Source: Roseibacillus sp. (GTDB taxonomy: Bacteria; Verrucomicrobiota; Verrucomicrobiia; Verrucomicrobiales; Akkermansiaceae). Taken from it: DNA of 64,000 nt. Where the stretch lies: positions 256,001 to 320,000 of the forward strand of contig JBPOGI010000007.1 in the NCBI GenBank assembly GCA_051251855.1, given 5' to 3'. The notes beneath the pieces are model-generated. The model was not told the origin of the DNA, ran no database searches, and saw only the letters and a program-made list of their open reading frames with translations. Shown piece by piece: positions 1 through 9,441 of the stretch (positions are counted from its first letter, which is position 1; each line of letters starts with the position of its first letter). Made by a program: the position numbers and the translations under genes.

Positions 1-3000
1 ACCCACCGCCACAGGAACTTCTTCAACGAAGTCGTTGCCGCCATCGGTTTCACCTGCATCCACAGAAACAGGGATGAGGTTGTCGCTCGTCGAAGCATTC
101 GATTGGTCCACGGTCGCGCCCGTGTCAGTCGCGCTATCAAAGTCGGTGACGGTCACATAGCCATTTGGCTGAGTCTCTTTTACCACGTAGCTCCCTGGAG
201 TGAGTCCAGTGAAGGCATAAGTGCCGTCGGTGGTGGTAAGGATGTAATCCTGAGTGCCCGCAAGATTTGGATTATCCGCAGGACCTTCTCCCGCATCATC
301 ACTGTCTCCGTCGCCATTGAGATCGGTGCAGAGTGTGAGGGTGACCACGTTAATCACAACATCGCCGTTTCCATCTCCATCGGCGTCCTCGTAAATCGTT
401 CCCGCAATCACTGCAGGTGCGACGAAGCCAAAGTCGACGGTCAGGTCGGTGTTATTATCGTCGGCAGCATTGACCGCATTGGCTGCGTCTTTTCCTGCCT
501 CCTTGGTTACCTCCGCATTGTTGGCAAGGTCAATGACGGTTGAAGTGACGCCATCACTAGTAATGTCATCCCCGTTCTCATCGACGTTGTCATCACTCGC
601 AATGTCTCCACCTTGACCAATCACGGGAAGATAGCCCACGAGGTCTCCCCCAGTAGTGAATTCGCTCGCAGGAATCAGGATATAGTATTTGCCTGAAGGT
701 AGATTGCTAAAGAGGTAGCAACCGCCACTTGCGGTCACCATGCCGCCTGCAGCGTCATCAGCAGTGCCTAGGATTCCGTCAGGACCCACGTTGATTTCGA
801 CATCATCACCACCGCCAATCTGGTCGTCTCCTCCAGCGCTGAAAATCTGAACGCTGACGCCATCAACCCCTTCGCCAGCATCGTAAGCACCGTTATTATT
901 GAGGTCGCTAAAGACGAGGTTACCGACGGCAACAGGAACTTCTTCAACAAAATCGTTACCGCTATCGGTCTCTCCTGCATCCACAGTCGCCGAGATGAGA
1001 TTGTCGCTCGACGAGACATTCGATTGGTCTGCCGTCGCACCCGTATCAACCACACTATCGAGGTCTGTGACTGTCAGAAAGCCGTTTGGCTGAGTCTCTT
1101 TCACGACATAGCTCCCTGGAGTGAGACCAGTGAAGGAATAAGTGCCGTCAGTGGTGGTAACGATGTAATCCTGAGTGCCCGCAAGATTTGGATTATCCGC
1201 AGGACCTTCTCCAGCATCATCACTATCTCCGTCGCCATTGAGGTCGGTGCAGAGTGTAAGAGTAACCACGCTGATGACCACATCGCCGTTTTCATCTCCA
1301 TCGGTGTCCTCGAAGACAGTTCCTGCAATCGCAGCTGGCAGTTCTTCAACGAAGTCGTTGCCGCCATCGGTTTCACCCGCATCAACCGTCACTGGGATGA
1401 GGTTATCACTCGTCGAAGCATTCGATTGGTCCACAGTCGTGCCTGTGTCTGAAGAACTGTCGAGGTCGGTGACCGTCAAATAGTCGTTTGGTTGAGTCTC
1501 TTTCACGACATAGCTTCCGGGAGTCAATCCGGTGAAAGCATAAGTACCGTTGGTCGTTGTGATGGTGTAATCCTGAGTGCCCGCAAGGTTCGGATTATCG
1601 GCAGGGCCTTCACCAGCATCATCGCTATCTCCGTCTCCATTGAGATCGGTGCAGAGTGTAAGAGTAACCACGCTGATGACAACATCGCCGTTTTCATCTC
1701 CATCGGTGTCCTCGAAGATCGTTCCTGCAATCGCAGCTGGCAGTTCTTCAACGAAGTCGTTGCCACTATCAGTCTCCCCCGCATCAACGGTAACAGGAAT
1801 GAGGTTGTCGCTGTTCGAGGTATTGGTTTGATCCACGGTAGCACCCGTGTCCGCTGAGCTATCGAGGTCAGTGACCGTCAGGAAGCCGTTTGGCTGAGTC
1901 TCTTTCACGACATAGCTTCCCGGAGTGAGTCCGGTAAAGGCGTAAGTTCCATCGGTCGTGGTAATGGTATAATCCTGAGTGCTCGCGAGGTTCGGATTAT
2001 CCGCAGGACCTTCTCCAGCATCATCACTATCTCCGTCGCCATTGAGGTCGGTGCAGAGCGTAAGAGTAACCACGCTGATGACAACATCGCCGTTTTCATC
2101 TCCATCGGTGTCCTCGAAGACAGTTCCCGCAATCGCCGCCGGCTCCACGAAGCCGAAGTCGACGGTGAGGTCTGTATTATCATCGTCGGCAGCGTTGACT
2201 GCATTCGCCGCATCTTTTCCATTCTCTTTGGTGGGCTCTGCATTGTTCGCAAGGTCAATCACAGTGGAAGTAACGCCATCACTGGTAGTATCGTCTCCAT
2301 TTTCATCAACGCTATCATCGTTGCCGAGGTCTCCACCTTGCCCAATCACGGGAAGATAGCCCACGAGGTCTCCGCCAGCAGTGAATTCGCTCGACGGAAT
2401 AAGAATATAGTATTTACCGGAAGGTAGATTGCTAAAGAGGTAGCAACCACCACTTGCGGTCACCATGCCGCCAACAGCATCATCTGCAGTGCCAAGGATT
2501 CCGTCGGGACCCACGTTGATCTCCACGTCGTCACCACCGCCAATCTGGTCGTCTCCGCCAGCACTATAAATCTGAACACTGACGCCATCAACTCCTTCAC
2601 CAGCGTCGTAGACACCGTTGTTGTTAAGGTCGCTGAAGACGAGGTTACCCACCGCGACAGGAACTTCTTCAACGAAGTCGTTGCCGCCATCAGTTTCACC
2701 CGCATCAACTGTCACTGGGATGAGGTTATCACCGGTCGAAGCATTCGATTGGTCCGCGGTCGTGCCTGTGTCAGTAGAGCTATCGAGGTCGGTGACCGTC
2801 AGATAGTCGTTTGGCTGAGTTTCCTTCACGACATAGCTCCCCGGAGTCAGTCCGGTGAACGCGTAGGTGCCGTTGGTAGTAGTAACAGTGTAATCCTGCG
2901 AGCCAACGAGATTCGGATTATCAGCAGGACCTTCTCCGGCGTCATCGCTGTCTCCGTCACCATTGAGGTCGGTGCAGAGCGTAAGAGTGACCACATTGAT

Positions 3001-6000
3001 AGCGACATCGCCGTTTCCATCTCCATCGGTGTCTTCGTAGATCGTTCCTGCAATCGCTGCTGGCAACTCTTCAACAAAGTCATTGCCGCTATCGGTCTCC
3101 CCCGCATCCACAGTAGCAGGAATAAGATTGTCGCTCGTCGAGGCGTTAGATTGGTCCACGGTAGTTCCAGTATCAGCCGCACTGTCGAAATCGGTGACCG
3201 TGAGATAGCCGTTTGGCTGGGTCTCCTTCACGACATAACTTCCAGGAGCCAGTCCCGTGAACGCATACGTGCCATTGGTAGTGGTGATTGTGTAATCCTG
3301 AGCGCCTGCGAGGTTAGGATTATCAGCAGGACCTTCTCCGGCATCGTCACTATCTCCATCACCATTGAGGTCGGTGCAGAGGGTAAGAGTGACCACGTTA
3401 ATCACAACATCGCCTCCCCCATCTCCATCGGTGTCTTGGTAGATTGCTCCCGCAATCGCAGCAGGTCGCTCCTCAACAAAATCGTTGCCGCTATCCGTCT
3501 CATCCGCAACGACGCTTACAGGAATACTATTATCCGTTGTGCTCGTGTTCGTGCCATCGTCTCCGGGAATGGTGGTGTCACCATCAGTCACGGTGAGAAA
3601 ACCACTCGGCTGGTCTTGCACAACCACGTAATCCTCGGGGGCAAGATTGGTGAAGGCATAAGTCCCGTCGGTGGTGGTGACGACATAGTCCTGTGTTCCG
3701 GCAATATTGGGATTATCGATTGCAGTGGTACCGTCGCTCGCGAACAAACGAATGGTCGTCACATTAATGACAACATCGCCATCATCGTCATTGTCTGTGT
3801 CCTCAAAGGTCGTTCCGGTGATACTTGCAATCGGAATCTCCAGCGAAAGGTTCACGCTACCCACACAACCAGCGGTGTCAGAAGCGGTCACCGCAAAATT
3901 GAAAGAGTTCCCCTCTGTCGGAGTTCCAGAGAGCACGCCAACATTGCCACTATCGACAAAGGACATTCCCGCCGGTAAAGAACCAGACGAAAGAGTCCAC
4001 GTCACCGCGCCGTTGGCTCCAGGTGCGGTGAAATTAACCGGTCCATAACTCTGACCGAACTGTCCGTCAGCAAGCGTGGAAGGAGTGATTACGAGAGCAT
4101 CGCAACTCACAGAAATCGTAAAGGTTGCCGTTCCAACACACCCCTCATCATCGGTCGAAGTGATCGTGAAAGTTTGTGATTCAACAGTTGTAGGAGTTCC
4201 TTGAATCTTGTCGCCAACAATCGACAACCCATCTGGCAGAACCCCAGAGGTAACCACATAACTATAGGGTGCAACTCCACCGAAAGTGGCGAGAGTTTCA
4301 CTATAAGGCACTCCCACCTCTCCAGCGCTCAAACTCGGAGGCCCCACGGTGAGAACCGGACAGGTAAACCCGAAGTCGTAACTGTAATTTTCATCACTCG
4401 CAGGACTTGTGACAAAAATTAGAGCTTCGCCACCAACGGGAGAGGCATCAGAATCCAAGTCATCCCCCGTTGGGCTGTTGTTTGTCACTCCCCCAGCATT
4501 GGTGGGGCTCAAAACAAGACCATTTAGAGGAGCTTGACTGACATCGATACAGACGCGGTAAGACGTCGAAGCTTCAAGTCCATCCGCATTCCCAAAGTAG
4601 TAAAATCCAGATGAATCCGTTGTCGTTGTAAGAGGAACAGGTGGACTGCAATCGATGTTAAAGTTATTCAATCTCACTCGCTTCGTTGCCAAGTCAGCAT
4701 CACTCCTGACCCGGATTCGATTGGCGGTGTTCGGAAGAGGAAGAGCACCGCTTGATTGAACGGCACCATCCAAGCCAGCACCATCGATAATCGCCAAGGC
4801 AGTCCAATCAACCCCACCATTTTCAGAATACTCGAAAAAGAGTTGGTCCGTCGACTCCCATGCTAAATTGTAGCGCTCATAGTCAAAGCTCAAGAAAGCA
4901 GAACGACAACCACTCAAGTCGAGCGCACGAGAAACGTCTGCCGTAGACCGTATCGTAATCATCTGGTCGCCACCAAAGTCCTCAATCTGCACGAGACCTT
5001 CATTCGTGCCATCACTCGCAGCCGCTGTCTCACTATCGAGCCAAGGTCCTTCAGAAGGCCACCCCCCCAAGCCACCCCCACTCCAAGAACCTAAATTGCC
5101 ATCGAGAGAATAGCCTGAAATCGCATCGGCATGGCTCGAGGCTGGAACGCCATCCACCATCACCGGATCACCATTGCTGTCTTGAAGACAAACGACCACC
5201 CCCTCAATTCCTGGCTCACCAGCATCCCGGTCGCCATCTCCATTGAGGTCTTCCCAAACAAGGTTCCCGATCGCTACAGTATCAATATCAGCAGTCACCT
5301 TGAGGACAGGAGCCAAAGCGTCACCATCATTGCGACAACCTTCCACCCAGCGCAGACCAATCAAATCACCGGACGATGGGTTGCTCGCACCAAAGAGTGC
5401 CCGCGGAATCACAGCTTCGATAATATAGGTCGGAGCATCGTTTTCCTCGTTCCCACTCGGAAACTCATAACGATAATAGTCCACATAAGTCGCATTACCC
5501 AGCAACGTCGCGGTCGCTTGAGGGTGACTTGGGTCAAAGTTCGTGTGCTCATAATCTGCCTGAACGTGACCCACTCGTGAACCAGTATACCAGTCGCCCA
5601 CGGTAGGATAAACGATATCACTCGCTGTCGCCGGCAAATCTGAAGTGGTCTCATAGAACCCGCTTCCCAAGTTAAAAGAGTTCATGAACGAAGTGGAGAA
5701 CGTTCCCGTACCCACCGTCACAACATCCTCGTTGGTATTATCGTTATTCGGGCGGACATCGTCGGTGATGTCTAATCCATAGTTGTAGCTCCAAGTGGTG
5801 GCATTATTCTCATTCCGCTCAGTGCCAGCCTTGAACAAGCTAATGGAGACGTCTCCCGGACGAATAAATGCTCGGGTTGCATCGATGCGAGGATCCACGA
5901 TACCAATATCATCCACATCTTCGTCTCCATCCAAGTCGATGTTCGCGAATGGAACCGAAGTCACAATCGCCAGGTAGATATAATCCTCATCGTTGTCGAG

Positions 6001-6390
6001 ATAGAGGGCCTCAACATCATACCACTCACCGCCCGATGGATAGTTGTCAGCGTCCGGCGTCCCTGGGGCCGGGGTGTGATCAATCGAGGTTTGTCCAAAG
6101 GCATTGTCCCATGTTCCGAACCAATCCCCTTCCGTCCAATCTACCGTGCCTACATTTTTTGTAGGAACAAAGCTGGTGTGATCAAACATATAACCCCCAT
6201 TAGGGCCCGTACCATCGTTATAACCCGCTGCCGCATTTAATGTCGCCTCCAACTCGAGCGTCACACCAAATCTGGATTGTAAAAGCTTCTCACCCGCGGG
6301 AGGCGCTGGTGCGGCGTACAAATTGAAAGTTTGCGCGCACAATAGGGTGGCCAAGGGCAATTGTAATAATTTCGGCAATGTCGAATTCAT
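1..6390 (-). CDS. Giant repetitive surface protein/adhesin (at least 2130 aa, runs off the left edge): signal peptide, SdrD-B-like domains, putative Ig domains, acidic tandem repeats
   Basis: Hand translation from ATG 6390 gives MNSTLPKLLQLPLATLLCAQTFNLYAA. The same frame at positions 60-1 reads DAGETDGGNDFVEEVPVAVG. Repeated GNLVFSDLNNNG...TVDFGFV (SdrD-B-like) units and SGxLPxG..GTPT Ig-like units. The ORF track lists no stop-bounded ORF in this frame. Confidence 0.9.
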   Translation of the reverse strand, partial: MNSTLPKLLQLPLATLLCAQTFNLYAAPAPPAGEKLLQSRFGVTLELEATLNAAAGYNDGTGPNGGYMFDHTSFVPTKNVGTVDWTEGDWFGTWDNAFGQTSIDHTPAPGTPDADNYPSGGEWYDVEALYLDNDEDYIYLAIVTSVPFANIDLDGDEDVDDIGIVDPRIDATRAFIRPGDVSISLFKAGTERNENNATTWSYNYGLDITDDVRPNNDNTNEDVVTVGTGTFSTSFMNSFNLGSGFYETTSDLPATASDIVYPTVGDWYTGSRVGHVQADYEHTNFDPSHPQATATLLGNATYVDYYRYEFPSGNEENDAPTYIIEAVIPRALFGASNPSSGDLIGLRWVEGCRNDGDALAPVLKVTADIDTVAIGNLVWEDLNGDGDRDAGEPGIEGVVVCLQDSNGDPVMVDGVPASSHADAISGYSLDGNLGSWSGGGLGGWPSEGPWLDSETAAASDGTNEGLVQIEDFGGDQMITIRSTADVSRALDLSGCRSAFLSFDYERYNLAWESTDQLFFEYSENGGVDWTALAIIDGAGLDGAVQSSGALPLPNTANRIRVRSDADLATKRVRLNNFNIDCSPPVPLTTTTDSSGFYYFGNADGLEASTSYRVCIDVSQAPLNGLVLSPTNAGGVTNNSPTGDDLDSDASPVGGEALIFVTSPASDENYSYDFGFTCPVLTVGPPSLSAGEVGVPYSETLATFGGVAPYSYVVTSGVLPDGLSIVGDKIQGTPTTVESQTFTITSTDDEGCVGTATFTISVSCDALVITPSTLADGQFGQSYGPVNFTAPGANGAVTWTLSSGSLPAGMSFVDSGNVGVLSGTPTEGNSFNFAVTASDTAGCVGSVNLSLEIPIASITGTTFEDTDNDDDGDVVINVTTIRLFASDGTTAIDNPNIAGTQDYVVTTTDGTYAFTNLAPEDYVVVQDQPSGFLTVTDGDTTIPGDDGTNTSTTDNSIPVSVVADETDSGNDFVEERPAAIAGAIYQDTDGDGGGDVVINVVTLTLCTDLNGDGDSDDAGEGPADNPNLAGAQDYTITTTNGTYAFTGLAPGSYVVKETQPNGYLTVTDFDSAADTGTTVDQSNASTSDNLIPATVDAGETDSGNDFVEELPAAIAGTIYEDTDGDGNGDVAINVVTLTLCTDLNGDGDSDDAGEGPADNPNLVGSQDYTVTTTNGTYAFTGLTPGSYVVKETQPNDYLTVTDLDSSTDTGTTADQSNASTGDNLIPVTVDAGETDGGNDFVEEVPVAVGNLVFSDLNNNGVYDAGEGVDGVSVQIYSAGGDDQIGGGDDVEINVGPDGILGTADDAVGGMVTASGGCYLFSNLPSGKYYILIPSSEFTAGGDLVGYLPVIGQGGDLGNDDSVDENGDDTTSDGVTSTVIDLANNAEPTKENGKDAANAVNAADDDNTDLTVDFGFVEPAAIAGTVFEDTDGDENGDVVISVVTLTLCTDLNGDGDSDDAGEGPADNPNLASTQDYTITTTDGTYAFTGLTPGSYVVKETQPNGFLTVTDLDSSADTGATVDQTNTSNSDNLIPVTVDAGETDSGNDFVEELPAAIAGTIFEDTDGDENGDVVISVVTLTLCTDLNGDGDSDDAGEGPADNPNLAGTQDYTITTTNGTYAFTGLTPGSYVVKETQPNDYLTVTDLDSSSDTGTTVDQSNASTSDNLIPVTVDAGETDGGNDFVEELPAAIAGTVFEDTDGDENGDVVISVVTLTLCTDLNGDGDSDDAGEGPADNPNLAGTQDYIVTTTDGTYSFTGLTPGSYVVKETQPNGFLTVTDLDSVVDTGATADQSNVSSSDNLISATVDAGETDSGNDFVEEVPVAVGNLVFSDLNNNGAYDAGEGVDGVSVQIFSAGGDDQIGGGDDVEINVGPDGILGTADDAAGGMVTASGGCYLFSNLPSGKYYILIPASEFTTGGDLVGYLPVIGQGGDIASDDNVDENGDDITSDGVTSTVIDLANNAEVTKEAGKDAANAVNAADDNNTDLTVDFGFVAPAVIAGTIYEDADGDGNGDVVINVVTLTLCTDLNGDGDSDDAGEGPADNPNLAGTQDYILTTTDGTYAFTGLTPGSYVVKETQPNGYVTVTDFDSATDTGATVDQSNASTSDNLIPVSVDAGETDGGNDFVEEVPVAVG
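19..3830 (-). repeat. Intragenic tandem repeats: 402-nt (134-aa) A units interleaved with about 520-nt SdrD-B-like B units
   Basis: The GNDFVEE anchor recurs at 19, 940, 1342, 1744, 2665, 3067 and 3469 (spacings 921, 402, 402, 921, 402, 402). Confidence 0.9.
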
Positions 6391-6487
6391 AAGGAAGGGG
6401 GGACTTGGGGGATTTGAATGAAACACCTCGACATCACATCAGCTTCCCGAAGGCGGGAATTTGCTGCGCAGCTCGAAGCATGACACT

Positions 6488-6515
6488 ATTTTATTTAATT
6501 TTAAAAAATAGTCAA
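6488..6515 (-). promoter_or_regulatory. Candidate sigma70 promoter of the giant surface protein
   Basis: TTGACT-N16-TAAAAT on the minus strand, about 100 nt upstream of the ATG, in an AT-rich intergenic region. Confidence 0.5.
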
Positions 6516-6931
6516 CGTTGATGTATTTTTTTAAACTCCGAACTTTTCTCACAAGAGAACAGGATTTAACGTAACCAGCTAAAAAAGAGTGCTTTACCTG
6601 GAAAACCAAAAGAAAGAAAAAAAGAGCGGAAACAAAGAACGCGTCAACCCTAAGTATTTTTATATAGAAAAAAAGGATCGCTCCGACAAAACATCCGAAT
6701 TTAAAATGAATTTACATATAAAATATAATATCTAATTCAGCCGGAATGAAGAAACGGCAGGGAGAAAGCCGCATACCAACAGCCCCCATCAACCCTTGTG
6801 TCCAACATCAAAGCAGATAGCCCTGCGAGAAATATCAGCTCAGCAGGCCCTAGTTCAATCCTCCAACGAAAACTCTCAATTATGCGCTCATACTTTGAGA
6901 CTTTTTCAAAAGTCCGGAGTTTAACTTCACC

Positions 6932-7510
6932 ATGAAGCTACTTCTCTTATTTCTCGCTCTTACGCTCCCCATCTCAGCACAGAGAGGAAAGCCCGACAAC
7001 GCTCCTCAGGTGGGCGATCCCATCCCCAAGACCATAGCTTCGAAACTTTCCGACCAAAAGAAAGTCGACCTTTCAAATCCAAAACGCACTACTGTGCTCA
7101 TCTTCGGTTCACACACATGAGGACCTTTCATGAGGCTGGCCGGGCGCCTGCAATCACTTTACGAAACGCACAAAGATAACGCTGACTTCTACTGGGTCTA
7201 TATCCAAGAAGCACACGCAACAGACGGACGCCGACCGAGCCGAACGGTCGAAATCGCTCTGCACAAGACCATCGAGGATCGTCAAGTGGCCGCAAAGGGA
7301 TGTTCGGCAGAATCCCCACTTAAAGTTCCCGTTCTCATTGATGATATCGAAGATACCGTCTCAAAAGCCTATTCAGCTCTCCCCGAGCGATTCTTTATCC
7401 TTGGGACTGACGGTAAAGTCGCCTACTCGGGAAAACGTGGACCTCACGGCGTCGATATTGACGCTCTGGAAAAACGATTGGTTGAGCTGATTGCGGCCGA
7501 AACAAAGTAA
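6932..7510 (+). CDS. Iodothyronine deiodinase-like (thioredoxin-fold) protein, probable selenoprotein with TGA 7118-7120 read as Sec; N-terminal signal peptide; 192 aa
   Basis: ORFs 6932-7120 and 7130-7510 share a frame. Read-through gives VLIFGSHT-U-GPF, YIQEAHATDG, YSALPERFFIL and AYSGKRGP, which match the deiodinase motifs FGSxTUPxF, YIxEAHxxDG and YxAxPER. Confidence 0.85.
7131..7152 (+). promoter_or_regulatory. Candidate bacterial SECIS hairpin
   Basis: TGAGGC-TG-GC-CGG-GC-GCCTGCA can form a bulged stem with a G-containing apical loop, starting 11 nt after the TGA. Confidence 0.5.
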
Positions 7511-7588
7511 CCCCCCAGTCGTCACTCCCTATCTGACAGGAATCACGCTGGCTGAGAGACAACAGTAAGCCACCCTCTCTTGACCCCT

Positions 7589-8101
7589 ATGCCAGATTCC
7601 TACTTAAAGCCCCTCTTCATCTTCAGCCTCCTCTTCCTATTTTCGGTTCAGAGTCAAAGCCAAGAAGCTGAATCCCCCTCCCCTGCGCGAAATACCACGA
7701 CCGGAAAAGATTTCGAAAGACTTGTCAAAGTAAGCCTTGAGAAGAAAGGCTACCAAGTTTCCGAACAAGTCCAAGTGGGCACTCGACCTAACGGGAGCAA
7801 GCACATGATCGACATCGTGGCAAAGAAGGACGATAGCTCCTATCTCATTTCCTTGAAGTGGCAGCAAACTTCGGGCACTGCCGAACAGAAAGTCCCCTAT
7901 GAGCTCATTTGCCTTTCCGAGGCTCTCAAACAGTCGCGGGGAGCACACAAAGCAGCTTACCTAGTTCTCGGAGGCGAAGGCTGGACTCTCAAAAAGTTCT
8001 ACCTTTCCGGGGGCCTCGAGAGACACCTCAGCCTCGACCAACCTGTAAAACTACTCGGCTTAGAAGACTTTCTTCTACTCGCTACAGAGAATAAGCTTTG
8101 A
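7589..8101 (+). CDS. PD-(D/E)XK-superfamily nuclease with apparent N-terminal signal peptide
   Basis: GKDFE...HMIDIV...ISLKWQQTSGTAEQKVPYE fits the restriction-endonuclease-like fold. Hydrophobic leader KPLFIFSLLFLFSVQSQS. Confidence 0.7.
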   Translation: MPDSYLKPLFIFSLLFLFSVQSQSQEAESPSPARNTTTGKDFERLVKVSLEKKGYQVSEQVQVGTRPNGSKHMIDIVAKKDDSSYLISLKWQQTSGTAEQKVPYELICLSEALKQSRGAHKAAYLVLGGEGWTLKKFYLSGGLERHLSLDQPVKLLGLEDFLLLATENKL

Positions 8102-8127
8102 GAAAACCGCCCAAATACTCGATCTCC

Positions 8128-9270
8128 TCAACTTCTCTCAAAATCCAGCTCCGAACTCTCCAAAAGAGAAACCCGCTTCTTCATCTTCTTTTGAATAACA
8201 CGAAAGTGATGCTCCTCCTCGGGACTAATGAGCGATATCGCCTCGCCCGCCGCATCCGCGCGCCCCGTTCTTCCGATGCGATGAATGTAGTCTTTGGGCG
8301 AACGAGGTAACTCGTAGTTGATCACATAAGGCAGCCCCTCGATATCCACTCCTCTCGCCAATAGGTCTGTCGCCACCAGAACTCGCAACTGGCCCTCTTT
8401 AAACTGTCGCAGGGTGATCTCGCGCGTCTGTTGACCCATCTTGGAATGAATCGCGCCCGCCCGAATCTTGTTCTTACAAAGCTTCAAGACCACTCCATCA
8501 ACTCGGCGCACCGACGAGGCAAAGACGAGAACTTGCTCCATCTTCCTTTCCCGAATGAGATAGCGCAAGAGAGGCCCCTTCCCTTCCTCTGGCACCGCAT
8601 AAGCACTTTCCTTGATGAGAACCGGTTCGCTTTCGTCAGCATCAATTTTCACCGTGGTTGGTTCGTTGAGAAGAACCTGCTGCACAGCGCCCAAATCCTC
8701 GCTCAGTGTTGCCGAGAACAGAAGGTTCTGCCGCTTAAGAGGCAACAAAGCCAAAACCCGATTCATCTCTTCCCGAAAGCCCAAGTTGAGCATCTTGTCG
8801 GCCTCATCCAGCACAAGGGTCGAGACCGAAGAAAGCTGCACCGCATTCTTGCTCACCAAGTCGAGAAGACGCCCTGGTGTCGCCACCAGAATATCCACCT
8901 TCGCCAACGTCTTCATTTGGGTATTGATGGACACCCCACCGTAGACCGCCAAACACCGCACCCGCTCAGGCAGCGCAGGCAGGAAGGTCTCAAACACTTC
9001 ATGAACTTGATTCGCCAACTCCCTTGTCGGTACTAAAACGAGAATACTGGGCTCCCGGTGACTCGACAGTGGAAGTGACGACAGCTTCTGCAAAATCGGC
9101 AAAACATAACTCGCCGTCTTCCCTGACCCTGTCTTCGCTATTCCTAGCACATCCTTCCCCTCCAACATGGCCGGAATCGCCCCCGCCTGAATCGGCGTCG
9201 GTTCAAGCAATCCAGCCTTCTCCACAAGTTCGAGAAGAGGAGTCGCCAAACCGAAGGAAGAGAAAGACAT
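8128..9270 (-). CDS. DEAD-box ATP-dependent RNA helicase (RhlE-like)
   Basis: Q motif PTPIQ, AKTGSGKT, PTRELA, TPGRL, DEAD, SAT, ARGVD, HRIGRTGR. Start placed at MSFSSFGL. Confidence 0.95.
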   Translation of the reverse strand: MSFSSFGLATPLLELVEKAGLLEPTPIQAGAIPAMLEGKDVLGIAKTGSGKTASYVLPILQKLSSLPLSSHREPSILVLVPTRELANQVHEVFETFLPALPERVRCLAVYGGVSINTQMKTLAKVDILVATPGRLLDLVSKNAVQLSSVSTLVLDEADKMLNLGFREEMNRVLALLPLKRQNLLFSATLSEDLGAVQQVLLNEPTTVKIDADESEPVLIKESAYAVPEEGKGPLLRYLIRERKMEQVLVFASSVRRVDGVVLKLCKNKIRAGAIHSKMGQQTREITLRQFKEGQLRVLVATDLLARGVDIEGLPYVINYELPRSPKDYIHRIGRTGRADAAGEAISLISPEEEHHFRVIQKKMKKRVSLLESSELDFERS

Positions 9271-9329
9271 CAAAACAGCTTTGCGGGAGAAACCTTCAAA
9301 AAGCAAGGCAAGCACTTCAATCATCCCAA

Positions 9330-9399
9330 AAAATGGAGCAGGGACATTCCTGTCCCTGATTTTTCCTATTCAAGGACAGGAATGTCCTTGCTCCATTTT
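9330..9399. repeat. REP-like inverted doublet (30-bp arms, 10-nt spacer)
   Basis: AAAATGGAGCAGGGACATTCCTGTCCCTGA is followed by its near-perfect reverse complement (2 mismatches). Each arm holds an internal GGACA-N4-TGTCC palindrome. Confidence 0.75.
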
Positions 9400-9441
9400 C
9401 TATCGTGCAGCCTCAAACCAATGCCGCTATAACCCCAAGAA

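Noticed and set aside
103..6164. Numerous plus-strand and off-frame ORFs, including 2749-3978 (409 aa)
   Set aside because: They are shadows of the giant minus-strand repeat gene.
6391..6487. c-di-GMP riboswitch in the adhesin leader
   Set aside because: One short hairpin only; the conserved GEMM features are absent.
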